Under the pieces are notes generated by a model. It saw only the letters and a program-made list of their open reading frames with translations, was not told the origin of the DNA and did not search any database. A stretch of 50,355 nucleotides of DNA, counting the filler, from Catajapyx aquilonaris (lineage: Eukaryota): assembly GCA_000934665.2 (NCBI GenBank). It is 3 parts of 3 records of this genome, joined end to end, with 100 filler letters (N's around TTAATTAATTAA, not from the genome) between each part and the next. Parts side by side here need not be neighbours in the genome. Positions count along the whole stretch, not along the records: positions 1 to 16,669 come from JYFJ02007132.1; 2 more parts are not named here. One strand, 5' to 3'. This document shows, in pieces, positions 1 to 15,100 of this stretch; position 1 is the first letter of the stretch, and each line of letters opens with the position of its first letter. Made by a program: the position numbers and the translations under genes.

Positions 1-744
1 GTTGATTGAAAAAATGTATTTTGTTGTAAATAAATATCACATGGAACAAACCCATCATTTGACCATTTTTGACTTTTTGTCATTTAAAAAAAAAAAAAGT
101 CTTTTAGAACTGCTATGTCCGTCTGTGGGGCCTGTGGACATGTATCATGGCCTAAACCGCAAGAGATAGCGACGAACGGTTTACGGATTTGGATTCAGAG
201 GACCCTAAATAGGTTTCAGGATCAACTTCCGGTTTTCCAGGTCCATTCTATCGTCCAAGGTCAAGCCTGGTGTCCTTGGGGTTCCTTGCCAACTAGAAAT
301 GAGACTTGACACCAATCCGACATTGCTGTCCAACTTGAATCTCTTCAGCAATGAGAAAAAGTCTACTCGAATCACGCTCCCGTGATTTGCCAATCTTATA
401 TTGTTTCAACCTTGCTGCGCTATTTCAACATTTCTTTTTCTGCTCACTCTTGTTGACTCCAGCTGACCCTCAGACGCCCTCAGGCAATCCTACCATGGTA
501 TGCAGGTCCCTCTGGATGTTGGGCAGGCTCTCTCGTCACCCCGGGCATGCCCCTGGTCTGAGACCCAGTATCTCCCAGCCTGCGAAGCACAATCCCGCCG
601 CGACAAAAATTCCAGACAGGTGTCGCTACCAATTGACCATTGTCCAGTAAAATATAGTGATAAACTTTCTGGTGTGCACTCTATATATTTTTAAATGATT
701 AAAGTTATTTTTAATTAAATCTAAGGGTTTATTTCTAAATTTTC

Positions 745-930
745 AAATGGAGAGCGCGTAGCCGGCGCGTAGCCATCTTTCATGACGTGACGTCACAGCA
801 GGCAGAAGTGCGCTTTATTAAGAGAGACATTTACTACCAAATTATGTGTAATTTATTATTTATATTAATATAGTGTGAAAATAATTAGTGTGGCAGGATA
901 GTGTCACCATTTGACAGTTGGCAACGCTGT
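745..930. promoter_or_regulatory. EXOSC10 proximal promoter with CRE palindrome
   Basis: TGACGTCA at 788-795 (within TGACGTGACGTCAC), a tandem GCGCGTAGCC repeat near 755-774, and GTTGGCAAC just upstream of the ATG. Function is inferred from position. Confidence 0.45.
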
Positions 931-940
931 GCCGAACGGA

Positions 941-3900
941 ATGTCCAAGATGGCGTCGTCCAGCAACTGCATAAAATCCGAACACGAGGAGGATTCGGCG
1001 ATGGATCCTGCCCAGGAGATCCTCCCGGGATTCCAGACCATGGACCAGTTCTCTGAGGTGGGCAGGGTGACATAGTGTAAAAGAAAAGAAACAATCTGTG
1101 GTGTGGAATGCAGTTTGCATACTTTTGAAACACCCGGTGTGGGCGTTCTAAATCATTCCATTTTTTTATTATTATTGTGCAGGCTGCTCTGAAGAAGGTT
1201 ATAACCGCAACGAAGATGTGCAATGGTCTGCCTTCAGTAGGAGACGAGTGGGAATACTACACCAGCTTCAGTGGATTCCAGGCCGTCATGAATGCGCAGG
1301 GAGCCAAGATTTTGAACATGTGAGTTTGTTACCGAACCCGCATTGCTCAGGGAAAGAGAAAAATATTTGAGGGAACGTTTAATTATGTAGGATGCAGACT
1401 CTGCTTAAGCACCAGGGAATATCGGGCAACTTGACTAACAAAGATCTGGAGGAGAAGTTTGACAGCATCGGCGACGCAAATGACGCCTTATTGGAGCGTG
1501 TGGCAAGTGCTCTGGATGAAGCGGATGGTAAAAAGAAGGAGCCGGAGACTGTCATCATCCAGTGTGTCAAGCAGACTGGAGTCGTCAGTGGAAGTTGGAA
1601 TCGATCAGCTGTAAGCAGGATTTTTAGAGAGAGCGCTTGTAATGTTTGACGTGGACATGAATCGCCTGGTAATAGTAATTTATTGCTTATCTGCATTTCA
1701 GGCTAGCGTAGGGAAAGAGCAGAAATATAGCCTACTGGCAGGAAGAAATATCGAGAGACCCCAGTTAAAGTTCAAGCACAAAGTGGACAATAGAAACACT
1801 CCGTTTGTGCCCAAGCTTACGGACAAGGCCAATTCTCTGAAGCCATTGGCCATCCTTCCAGAGTATGCTGAAGATGGCACTGAATAGTGAGTGCCGTACA
1901 TTTTATTTATTGTCATGCTGGCTACTTTCATGTGCACTAAAGCGGTCACAAGGAAATAGATTTAAAAAAATTTAATGCCAAAGTTAATGTAGAGACGGGA
2001 GCAACAGCTAAAAGTCACTGGAATGTGTTGCATGAATGTAAATATACCAACACTTGGATAATATGAACTACTCATCTCAATTTTTGCGCAATTGTTGTAT
2101 TATTTTCTGGCCCGTTATCTCAATGTAATTGCTGTTACGCTCAAATAAGTTTTGCAACCATTATTTTAGGTATTTAAAATATAGCAATGTACCCAGATGT
2201 GAACTCTTCATTGTGCATTAACTCTTGCAGTGCATTTCTCTAATAAGCATGCCGATTTTGTGACAGCTATGGTCATCCATACCAGTACGAGCTGGACATG
2301 TATGAGCCGTCTCCAGACCTGCTGAAGCGAACCAAACCCTGCAAGCCTCAGCCTTTGGACAGCACACCACTGGAGTTTATCAGCAGCCCATCACAGCTAG
2401 AGAAGCTCATGTCTGATCTTCAAATGCAGAAGGCTATTGCGGTGGATGTCGAGCATCATTCGTACCGTACCTTTCAAGGGTTCACTTGCCTGTTACAGAT
2501 TTCTACTCAGGATAAAGATTACATTGTGGATACCCTTGAGTTGCGTGACGATCTTGAAGTCCTCAACCAGGTCTTCACAAAAAAGAGTATTCTCAAGGTA
2601 GGGAAGTGTGTACAGAGGTGATGGAATCCGTAACTATCGAGAGCTCGTACTGGGAAACTTGGAACAACATTTTTTTGCTCTATGTACAGGTATTCCATGG
2701 GGCAAACCGTGATATGGACTGGCTGCAGAGAGACCTGGGGGTGTATGTGGTGGGAATGTTTGACACATACCAGGCGGCCAAGGCTTTGGGGATGCCCCAC
2801 CTGTCACTGTCCTACCTAATGAAACATTTTTGCGATGTTGATGCTGACAAGCAGTTTCAAATGGCAGACTGGAGGATGAGGCCGCTTCCAAAAGCGATGA
2901 TAAAGTAAGAGCAATATTTTTGTGTAACTTGGGATTTTTGGCCGTTGTATGAATGTACTGTACAATCTATTGTTTTACAGGTATGCTCGGGAAGATACAC
3001 ACTACTTGCTGTACATATCCGACATGCTGCGTAACCAATTACTTGATAATGCCAATGGGGACACAAATGTACTGAAGAGTGTGTTTGATGCAAGCACTAA
3101 TGTGTGCAAGACACGGTATGAAAAGCCTGTATTACATGAGATGAGTCACCTGATGATATATCGGAAGAACAAGAAGAGCTTCAACAACCAGCAGATGGCA
3201 GTACTCCGGGACATCTACCGTTGGAGGGACAAGATGGCACGATCGCTGGATGAAAGCACAGGTTACATTCTACCGAATCACATGTTGCTTCAAATTGCCC
3301 AGGTCTTACCCAGAGAGATGCAGGGGATACTTGCCTGTTGCAATCCCATCCCACCCCTTATCAACCAGCACCTCAATGAGCTTCACGCCATTGTATATCG
3401 TGCCAGACAACTTCCCCTTCAAAAGGTAAGGTTCGAGTTTGTGGGAAAACACGGCTTAAATTGTGAAATTTCCTGAACCAACAAATCATGCCTCACTTTT
3501 GCATTGCCGTCAGTTTGGTGAAGAAGACCTGGCTCCTCCGGTCCAATCAGATCTGCGTGGCAGGGAGAATATGAACAGCCTCTTGCACTGCCCCCACGAC
3601 CTATCTAGACATGACCCTACAGCACATGACCTCCCTACTCTTCTGGACAAGAACTACAAAGCCCAGCCTGTCCCTGGTGTCAAATCGGACGGTGTTCGTG
3701 CCAAAGTAGCAAAAACTTCTGCTGTTTTCTCATTTGACTCTGACGCTGTAAACAAAACCCATGGTTGCGTACCAGTCACATTTCTCAGCCCCTACAGACG
3801 CTTTCAGACCATGAAGTCCGTAGACAAGTTAGCGAATGACCCAAATACACCACTTCCAGATGCAATTGTCAAAATACCACAGATTCGCAAGGTAGGTACA

Positions 3901-4621
3901 GTGCCTGATGTAACAACCTTATTTGCTGTATTTCTCCACTCATTACATCATTCTTCTTGCAGTTGATAGAGCATTATAAAAAGCTGAATGAGGCACAGGC
4001 AGCAGCTGCAGAGCAGCAGCCACCCACAGATGAACTTATGTCCACTAAACCCCAGAAGAGGAAAGAGAGAGAAGAGGAAACGGAAGAAACAAGCCCAACA
4101 CCCCTCAAACATGAGGTACATGCGCATGTACATCAAATGCAATTAAATGTTCATTAAATGCTAACAATATTCTACTTCAGCTTCCGAAGAAGAAACGAAA
4201 GAAGAAAAAGTCAGAGGCTGAGTCCCCAGTTCCTGAATTGGCTGACCAAACTGCAGAAGAAACGGCTGAACCGGAACCTGAGGAATCAGTAGAAGCGAAG
4301 GAAGCAGACGCTGTAGAGCCAGCGACTGAGACTAATTCAAGAGGACCCAAAAAGAAGAGACAAAAGAAAGAAAAGAAGAAATCCATTAAGCCCATTGCAC
4401 TTGCTGAAGAAGAGACTAATCAACCAGAGCCAGAGCCTGAACCAGAGTTCAAACCATACGACTATAGCACAGTTGACTATAGGCGCTTCCAAGGTTCATC
4501 TGCACCAAACAAGTACATGCCCAAAAAGCAACGGCGAGGAGGTGGAAGCAGTGGGAACGAAAGGCCACGTTTGCCTCCAAAACGAAGTGGCCGGAGCCTC
4601 ACGTATTCCAATAAGACCTGA
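941..4621 (+). CDS. EXOSC10: Exosome component 10 (Rrp6/PM-Scl100), 10 exons, about 873 aa
   Basis: Exons 941-1057, 1183-1319, 1391-1610, 1702-1886, 2267-2597, 2690-2904, 2981-3425, 3514-3891, 3963-4115 and 4181-4621 have GT-AG introns with matching phases (2622 nt in total). Contains PMC2NT-like N-terminus (GDEWEYYTSF), DEDDy exonuclease motifs (AVDVEHHSYRTFQG, VFHGANRDMDWLQRD, YAREDTHYLLYI), HRDC domain (WRDKMARSLDESTGYILPNHMLL) and a Lys-rich C-terminus. The start could be the ATG at 941 or the in-frame ATG at 950. Confidence 0.95.
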
Positions 4622-5123
4622 AGGGCTTCTCTTCTTTCAACGTTTATTATATTTGGACAAATATAAAGCTATTCGGAGTTGTATTTATTTCTCGTCGTGC
4701 TCATTTCAACACTTCCGATAGTTTGAAAATATTACTGGCTAGGTCCGAAGTGATTAGGCCGATCAATACAACCTCCACAGCAACGAGCAGAGCAAGTGGT
4801 TTTCCTCCTGTACCCTAGGAAAATGCGAGTAAAGCGAGGGTTTTTCTGGTACGATTCAAAGTGATAATTTTTGGCCCCCTGAGTTTCACATGAATGGGGT
4901 TTCACTTGAGGTAGTGGCTTACTAGGTGAATGACAAGGCACTTTTCGCAGAGGATAGAGCCAGGGAACATTTATTCCTAGCTGAAACAAAAAAGAAAGCA
5001 ATACAAATGATGACATGGGTTACAGATAACTGTATGGACACTTGGAATGGCCCATCGTACGCTACGACGGCTGAGTCTTTCACTGCGGAACTACCTGCAC
5101 TTGTGTCTTTAACTAGAAGGGCT

Positions 5124-7510
<2,387 letters not shown>

Positions 7511-8029
7511 TCACTGTACTCCTGAAAGACAAGCAAGAATGTGTCTGTAAAGTGCTTGTACATTACTAATTAACTACATATAAAAAAGCCAAAGTTTGTT
7601 CGTTTGTTAGTCCATGGCAACAGCTATTTTTTATTATCATTATAATTATTGTCAGTGTATTTTAATGCTATATTAGTACATTAACAGTTAGTAATCATTA
7701 TCATCATTAAATTTTCATGCTATATAAGTGCATTTTAACTAATTAGTACCTATTGAATTATATTATTAGTTAATATTTATGTATTAATATAAAATATATT
7801 ATTAAAGTCCATTTTAATATGCTTCCATTGCTGCTACTACTGTCGGCCTAAAATGCATATTATTTTAACCCTAACCCTAAAGTGCACCATGTGTACCCCT
7901 TGACCTTTTCCTCTGAAAGTTAGGCCAGTGACCCTTTCCTGACAGTGCCAACCTCTGCGTCTCTCTCACCTGCGGGTCAACGAAGAAGAGTGCTGCGAGA
8001 CCACCGGTACAGACCGGAGACACACGGAG

Positions 8030-8588
8030 GAAAGGGAAGGGAAAAAGGTCGCCCCGTTTGCCTCGTGAGGAGATGAAGAGGATCAAGCGAACGGCCTATC
8101 GGCGAGGCAGGAGTCACGTCGCGGTTATCAAGTAGCCGCTCTTTCTTAAATATTATTTCGGATCGTGTCGGGTCCGCACAGGTCCACAATAAAGAGGATA
8201 GCTGCGAGTGGGTGGTCGCGCTTATTGACGTCCCCCAACCATGCTGGGTTCTGGAAATTTCGGGGCCATGCCGGAATGACGAAACTCTAATTAAACCCAC
8301 GTTATGCAGCCTCGACGCTAATTACACTCGCATTAAATATTTCCGATCCGCCTGCCTGGAAAAGCGGTTAAATTAAAAGCCGGCTGCGGTTGGAACGTTC
8401 CAGAGCCGGGCCTGCAATGTTGCCACATCTACTGCACCCGTGGTATGCAAGTGTGTGGAGTGGATGTGGCAACGCTGCCAAGTACTTCAAGTGACCCATG
8501 CGCCATCATTATTCCATTCTGATCGTGCAGGCCGAGGAGGATCACGTTCGAGTCCGCCGCAACCCCGCTTCCTCACCGCCAGTTCGCA
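8030..8588. promoter_or_regulatory. Bidirectional Hsp60/Hsp10 promoter with heat-shock elements
   Basis: Perfect three-unit HSE TTCtgGAAatTTC at 8249-8261 and near-perfect GAAcgTTCcaGAG at 8393-8405. The region is CpG-rich and lies between the divergent first exons. Confidence 0.8.
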
Positions 8589-9625
8589 ATGGTAAGATTG
8601 GTAAATTGGTCATACCAAGCACAAGCAATTGAAGTAATGAGTAGGAAAGTCAGGTTTGGGCAAACATGATTGTGCAAGTGGTACTTTACTGGTATGTTCC
8701 TCCAACAGGCCGCAGCAGCAGCAGCTCGCAGGTTCCTCCCTCTGTTCGACCGGGTGTTGATTGAGAAGGCGGAGGCCATCACCAGGACCAGGGGAGGAAT
8801 CATGATCCCGGAGAACGCAAGGGCCAAGATACTGGAGGGGACGGTCGTGGCAGTCGGACAGGGAGCCAAGAACGAGGTGCGTACAGGCTGAATGTGCCAA
8901 TGCACGTGCACACGGTGACACACCCAGAAAGCAAACAGCACAATTGCAGATATAATATGAGACATGTCAAAGTCCCCCAAGAAGTCAATGGACCACTTGC
9001 TCCGTACAGTAAAGCAAAGTACTATCAGCAGTGTTAATTAATTAATTACATCTCCCATTAAGGAGCCCTAAAGCCTTGTTGGAAAGAGACACTCAAGCTG
9101 CGTTTATGTGCGAGCGATTTGACGAGAAAAGTGTTCACTGAACGGTAACATTGCAGAGTAACTGAAGTAACCAGTATTGTTTCAGGCGAAAATCAATTGT
9201 TACTTTCACCTCGAACAGTATTGGTTTCTTTGCTTGTCAAATGGCTCACATGTAAATGCAGCTTCAGGTTATGCAAAATAAGAACAAATAAAGAAAATTT
9301 TAAGTGCAACAATGCATTCCTTAGTAAATATTTACGAAGAATACGCAATTTCAATTGGCACCATTATTGTGGACATTCTACTATAGGAAAAGTATGTTTA
9401 AATGGCCAAATTGTGCTGATATAGTACATGATGTGCACCGTAATTGCCTTGATGTTATAACAGGAGCAACTCTTTTAATTTCAGAAGGGAGACAATATCC
9501 CCATGTCTGTCCAAGTGGGCGACAAGGTCTTGCTTCCAGAGTACGGTGGTACCAAGGTGGCTACGGACGATAAGGAATATTTCCTCTACCGTGAGGGTGA
9601 CATTTTGGCCAAGATGCAGTCATGA
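8589..9625 (+). CDS. HSPE1: Mitochondrial co-chaperonin Hsp10, 3 coding exons, 103 aa
   Basis: Exons 8589-8591 (ATG only, followed by gtaag), 8709-8876 and 9485-9625. Motifs RFLPLFDRVL, GGIMIPE, VGDKVLLPEYGGTKV and YREGDILAK. AATAAA at 9758-9763. Confidence 0.97.
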
Positions 9626-9796
9626 GAGTCAGCTGGATGAGGACAAAGCCAGATTTGCTTTGTAGTTGCAAGGACAACAGGGGGGGAGGGGGGGATGTTA
9701 AAAAGCTGATAGCTGCTTCATGTCAAAGGGTACCAATGTAGGAAGTATGTTCATTTGAATAAATGTGTCAATTACAACTAAATGGTTTATGTCAAT

Positions 9797-10772
9797 CTAC
9801 ATTTTTCCCTTGGTGTATATTCCCTCTGGATACGGCCTGTCCAAGGCGTCTAATTGGTCCTCTTTTGCTTTGACAGCTGCAATTTTAGCCACAGCCTGCA
9901 ATTATATGAGTTGGTGAGGAAGGTCATAAGTTAAATTTTTATAAAAATTATTTAGTGTGCAGCGCCACTGACCTCGAATGTGCGAGGTTCCCATATGCAG
10001 AGGTCGGCTAGGCTTTTCCTGTCCAGATGGATCTGGCATCGAGCCAAGCCTTCAAGGAAGGAGTCGTAGTCCACATCCAGTTCCTCGCAGGCTCCACACA
10101 AACGAGTTTCCCACAGCTAAAAGTGGCAGGTATTATTTTTACTATGTTTCATTTATCGTGTCTCTCTTTAGGTTCTGGCAACAAAATGTATACGAAGCAA
10201 AATAGTAACTACTGATTATTCACAATAAATAACCACAAAAATTACAATGATCATTGCCCAGTGGAGTTAAAATCTGTCCTGTAAAACAGTGTTGTAACAA
10301 TCTGCTCTAAAATGATGCATTGTTTGATCCAATGAGTCGAACTTCATCATTTTTTTTGAATGGCAGGCAACCAAAATGTCATGAAATGCCACCCGCCCTG
10401 CTTGTTACATGTCACCTGCTGTTTGCAACTGACCTCTTTCATGTCCTTTTTCTTCTGTGCCCTTCCTTGTGCACCAAACTTGAGTGACCGACGGAGGGCC
10501 TTTATGGCTAAGGAGTAGCAGTTCCGCCTCCTCCCAAACATATGCTGAAACAAAAACCAGGTCACTACAACTCTAATTTCTAGTAACACGAAACGAGGCA
10601 TGCTTCCTGTTATGGCTGGCACTTTGATTAAGGAACAGCCTGTGATGTGAAGCAATAAGACAGCATGCAAACATGGATAACTTACACTAGTGTGCTGGAA
10701 AACTTGTCTCTTCCTCCAGAACTGAGTTGGAGCAGCCTTGCGGGCCAGGTTCACCAGGGTCAGGAACACCAT
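9797..10772 (-). CDS. MRPL20: Mitochondrial ribosomal protein L20 (bL20m), 4 coding exons, 146 aa
   Basis: Exons 10772-10686, 10544-10434, 10116-9973 and 9895-9797, all phase 0. Motifs MVFLT, HMFGRRRNCYSLA, LWETRL and IHLDRKSLADLCIWEPRTF. Confidence 0.95.
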
Positions 10773-11379
10773 GGCTGCGCTTCAAGTTGCTCTGCAATGA
10801 ATTAAGCCTTTGCACTTACTTATCAATCCCATCGAGGACCTGCTCACAATCCAGTGCACTCTCATTTTGTAAAAACGCGTTTTTTCCATACAAGTGGGCA
10901 GTGAACAAAACTGTGCTCTCAATGGTCGACAGGTAAGGTAACATTCCTGTATTTAATAAAATTATAACATATGGAAAACCAAAGGGTGAAAAAGTACGCA
11001 CGTCTGAGGATGCGGGTCGAGTCCCCTACACCTGCGAATAATCTGAACATAAATTGTACACTAATTGTATTGCCATGAAAAATTTAAAAAAAGGACCATT
11101 ACAATACCTCTAGATCTTTAGCTTGGGGACAATGCACACCATGCTGGATAAAACGTGTTTTTGGTTTGTTTCAAGCATGTACATCTTGCTATCCTACTTT
11201 TAATTACCGTGTGCCTTAGTTTTCTTCAGATTAGTATGTACATTAGATGCCCACTAAAATTCCATTACGTACTAACAGGCATTAATATGCATAAATCTCA
11301 AACAGAAGCGCTAAAATTACCAACAAAGCATCAAAATGTTGTCGGTTAGTTCACCGCATAGGCGCAGACATCTTGTCCT

Positions 11380-11760
11380 CCCTACAATGCTACCAGATAC
11401 GTTGGTTCACACACGAAGTGATTACTTTACTAAAATAACGCATGTGTGGGACTAAATGTAACGGACGAACTAGTAAAATTACAAAAGTTCTAATTTATGT
11501 TTTAATTTTAGTTGAGATTAAATCAAACCGAATGAAACGGTTGTTTGGCTTACATATTCCGCTTACAGACATACTGCGCATGCGTTTGTGCTTAGCACCA
11601 TCTCTCATTGGTCCATTCATGTCAGCCTGGAATGTGTAAACAACCCACCGCCTTCCGTTACCAAGTAGCCAGATGGAGCGCACACTCTCCCAGTGCTTAT
11701 TGGTCGTTTAATCCGCACCGCTTTCCAATGCGACCAATCGTGGTCCAGCCCACCTGTGGC
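11380..11760. promoter_or_regulatory. Divergent promoter region shared by MRPL20 and the CCDC50-like gene
   Basis: NRF1/Ewg-type site TGCGCATGCG at 11575-11584 and four CCAAT/ATTGG boxes between about 11607 and 11740, lying between two divergent genes. Confidence 0.55.
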
Positions 11761-12103
11761 GCCACCCCGCCTCCGGCATGCCAACCTCCTTCCATCCGCC
11801 CTGTTGCCAAATCTCCCTCGGCGTCTGCCCTAGCAAGTAGAAGCCTCACAAAGAACGCTTCCATTGTTCTCTTCCCCCTGCCCACCCTCCATCCCCACAC
11901 ACCCCACGCGCATGAAAAAAAAGTGGGTTACGCGCCCTTGCAGCTTGGTGGTCGTCGAGAGGAGGGTGTGGTAGGCAGCAGGGGAGAAAGAGACGAGAGA
12001 GAACATGCCCTGATTAACACCCCCAGAGAGGACTGGTGGAGAGGGCCAGCCAGCGCAGCAGATGAAGGGAGACGAGATGATCAGCCAGTGAGTAGAAGAA
12101 GGG

Positions 12104-15100
12104 ATGGCGTCCAAGATGGTGAAGGTTGGGGTGATGGAAGGGAAGAAGGACGGGACGCAAGGAGGGGAGGGACAGCTGCCCAGGGCTGGACTCGTCACCG
12201 ATGGTATGTACAATCAATGGTGGTCAGACAAAGGGAGGGGGAAGAAAAAAGGTTGCTTCATGATGGGTTCTCTCTCTTTGCAGTGTGTCGGGAGTGGCTG
12301 GTGCACGAGGACGGGGCTTTGGCATACCAGCTGCAGAACGAGGAGAGTAAGTATCGTGGGGTTCGGGTACGAGGAAGGGGGCTTGGTCAGGCACGGGCAT
12401 GCTGATCCAACGGAAAACATGTTCTGTGAAGCGTTCCGTTCAGAAACGTACGAGAAAAAAAGGTTTCTTTCGGAAACTTCAATAATCCATTTGAAAATGT
12501 CACAAAGTAGATGTTCCATTCAGAAACGTCTGAAGAGAAATGTTACGTTCAGAAACATCTGAAGAGCAGAACGCTCAGAAAAAATGTTCCGCCTGGAACT
12601 TCAGAAATGGTCCATTAGGAAACGTACAAAAAAAGAAAAGAAAAGAAGAAAAGTTCTGTTCAGTCACTCGGGAAGCGAAATGTGTTCCGTTCAGAATTCA
12701 GAGGAAAACGTGCTGCTCAGTCATGTCATCGTCTGAATTTTACAAGTCCCAACTTGACGCAAAGTTTCAAATTGGAGTAGAGGCTACAAAATTTGATGGC
12801 CAAAAACCCAAGCATGTCTTGCACGTCCTCGATTCAAGCCAGTCAAAATGGCACGACAGCAATTTGTAGGAACAAGAATTGCTTTTTCCAGGAAGTAGTT
12901 GGTGGTGTCGGGGAAATGTAACCAGCCACAGATGTAATGTCTAGAAAATGGTTTGAGAGTTTTGGTTTACTTTCACTTCCAGATGCTATCTTGCCTGCTT
13001 GGGTTAACAACTTTTCGGAAAAGTGATTCCCTCCTCAATGGGCATGACATGTCTCCCTCCATGCTTGGGTGTCTGGATGAGGGACGTTACGCTAGGTCTC
13101 GTGTCAAGCCTAGGTGGTATTACGTTTGATTGTTGGGAGTGTTACGTAGCCATTGTTCTTCCCAGCGAGTATGGAAGGTTGAAAGCGCCAACCTTGTGTC
13201 ATGTAGGGTGGTTACATAGCTCGGCATAGAATCAGTTGCAGTAGGAACACACACAAGCTGTGTTGTGCCGAAGATAGGGAACTGCAAGCGGTTTGACTAG
13301 TCTTTTATAGGAGTTTTGTATGAGGAAAATGGGCCTATTGCATTATTATTTTCATAACACTGCCATCGTGTAACTTGACATGGTCATTTTAAAATCAGTT
13401 ATCTGAAAGTCTTCACACTGCAGTGCTTCTGGGAAAGGCAGTTTCTGTTTTCAAAGAGATCGAAGATCTGAAAAATGGCAGGTGAGAGTGGGTGATGATC
13501 CTTCCAGCCAAGGTAGTGGAGTGTAAGCCTTGAGAACCGGCAAAGATGCTCAAATGCTTTGCTGCCCAAGCAGAACCGAAGCTACCGTTCACACCAGGGT
13601 GTTTCGTTTTCCATCGATAAGGAAACTCACTCCTCACTCATCCTTGGATTGTAGGATGGGTAGACAAACCCGTGAAATTTTCTCTTCGGAGGAACTATAA
13701 AATGCAACTTCGCAGCATTAGAACCAGTTTTTGTAGGAGATACAGGTCACATCCTGCTTTAATTATAATTGTTTTCGTGTCACTTGAGTGGGGCAGACAT
13801 ATGGCCTGCTGCACGGATGGCTGGCGTAAGAGAGCATGTAGCCTGTCAGCTTGGACCCAAAGGAAATGAGGGTGCCACTGCCTGCATTGTTTATACAATA
13901 AGTGGAGACCATTAATCTGTGGAGGGAATGTAAGCATCTTTGTCACACAGTGTTTGGAGAATATTGTGTGCGTGGGGGAAGGGTCTGAACATGATAAGCC
14001 TGCTAGCTTGCATGTTACCAGCAGCTAGTTTACATGAAATTGGAAGCCTCAAGATAATATTGTGTTTTTATAGCTTTGTTGAGTAGAGCTGTGCTGATAA
14101 GGGGAGGAAGAAATACTAGCTATTGTTGGCATCCAGCCCAGATTAGATATCTAATCTGAACAAGTGGCATGCTCTACATGCAGATTTTTTTTCCTTTATT
14201 TCTTGCTGTGAGAGGGTCTTGAACAAAGTGCACTGCAGGCTACTGCACAGCTGCGGTTCTCTCTTCCAGTCAAGGACCACTACACGGGCAACCGTTTCCG
14301 CAATGCTGTCCTGCGGGAAGACATTCCCTGCGCAAAGGAAGAGCAGATACGCGAGGCGGAGGAGGCCGCCCAACTGCAAGCCATGTACGACCGAATGCTG
14401 GCAGAGCAGGAAGAGCAAGATGCTGAGGTGGCACGTAGGCTGGCTCTGGAGCTGGAGGATGAAGAGCGGCAGAGGAGAGAAAGGAGGGAGCTCAGAGACC
14501 AGGAAGTTGCCAAGGCAAGTGCTGGACAGTCGTGTCGTAGTGTGTGGTTACACTTCCACTGGTAGAAGTAAGGAGTCATACTGTACATTGCGGGTTGACA
14601 TTTTCAAATCATTACCATTGGTCATGCCTTTAGCAAGATGGTTGGAAATTTTACAAGCAATTGTTTAAACGCGGATTTTGGAAAAACGGATTGTTACCGA
14701 GTCTGCTTGTGTTGCAGGAGATGGCGAAGAGGGAGCGTGAGAAGGTTGCTAAGCGCAGGGCTTTTCGGGAAGCCAGGGAGGTTGAAAGGCAGGCGAGAAG
14801 CCTGGCGGAGCAGGAGGTGGGAGTGTACGAGGAGACCCTTACTCAGGCCATGAGGGACACCAGAGTCGATGCAGGACCACTGCTTGGAGCTGCGGCGGAG
14901 GATGAAGACCTGTCAGACTTCTGCATCAAGCCTGCCCCCGGAATGGACCTGGTGGAGGTCAGGCGTCTGCAGGAGGAGCAGGATGCTGTAAGGCTGCTTT
15001 TAGTCGTGTAGATGTTGCAAGACAATGGCATCGAGATGAATGCATGCGTAATGAATGGCAGCGATTATGTGTTAGTGCTGAGCTGGCAGAGATGAGATGT

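Noticed and set aside
1..780. Divergent gene upstream of EXOSC10
   Set aside because: No recognisable protein in any frame that I translated. It could be a UTR or a TE remnant and remains unresolved.
7865..7880. Telomere-like TAACCCTAACCCTAA (and TTAGG pieces near 22795-22885)
   Set aside because: Only 2-3 units, too short to support an interstitial telomere.
11608..12405. 265-aa ORF
   Set aside because: GC-rich promoter/UTR read-through. Only the short VCREWLVHED exon is real CCDC50 coding sequence.
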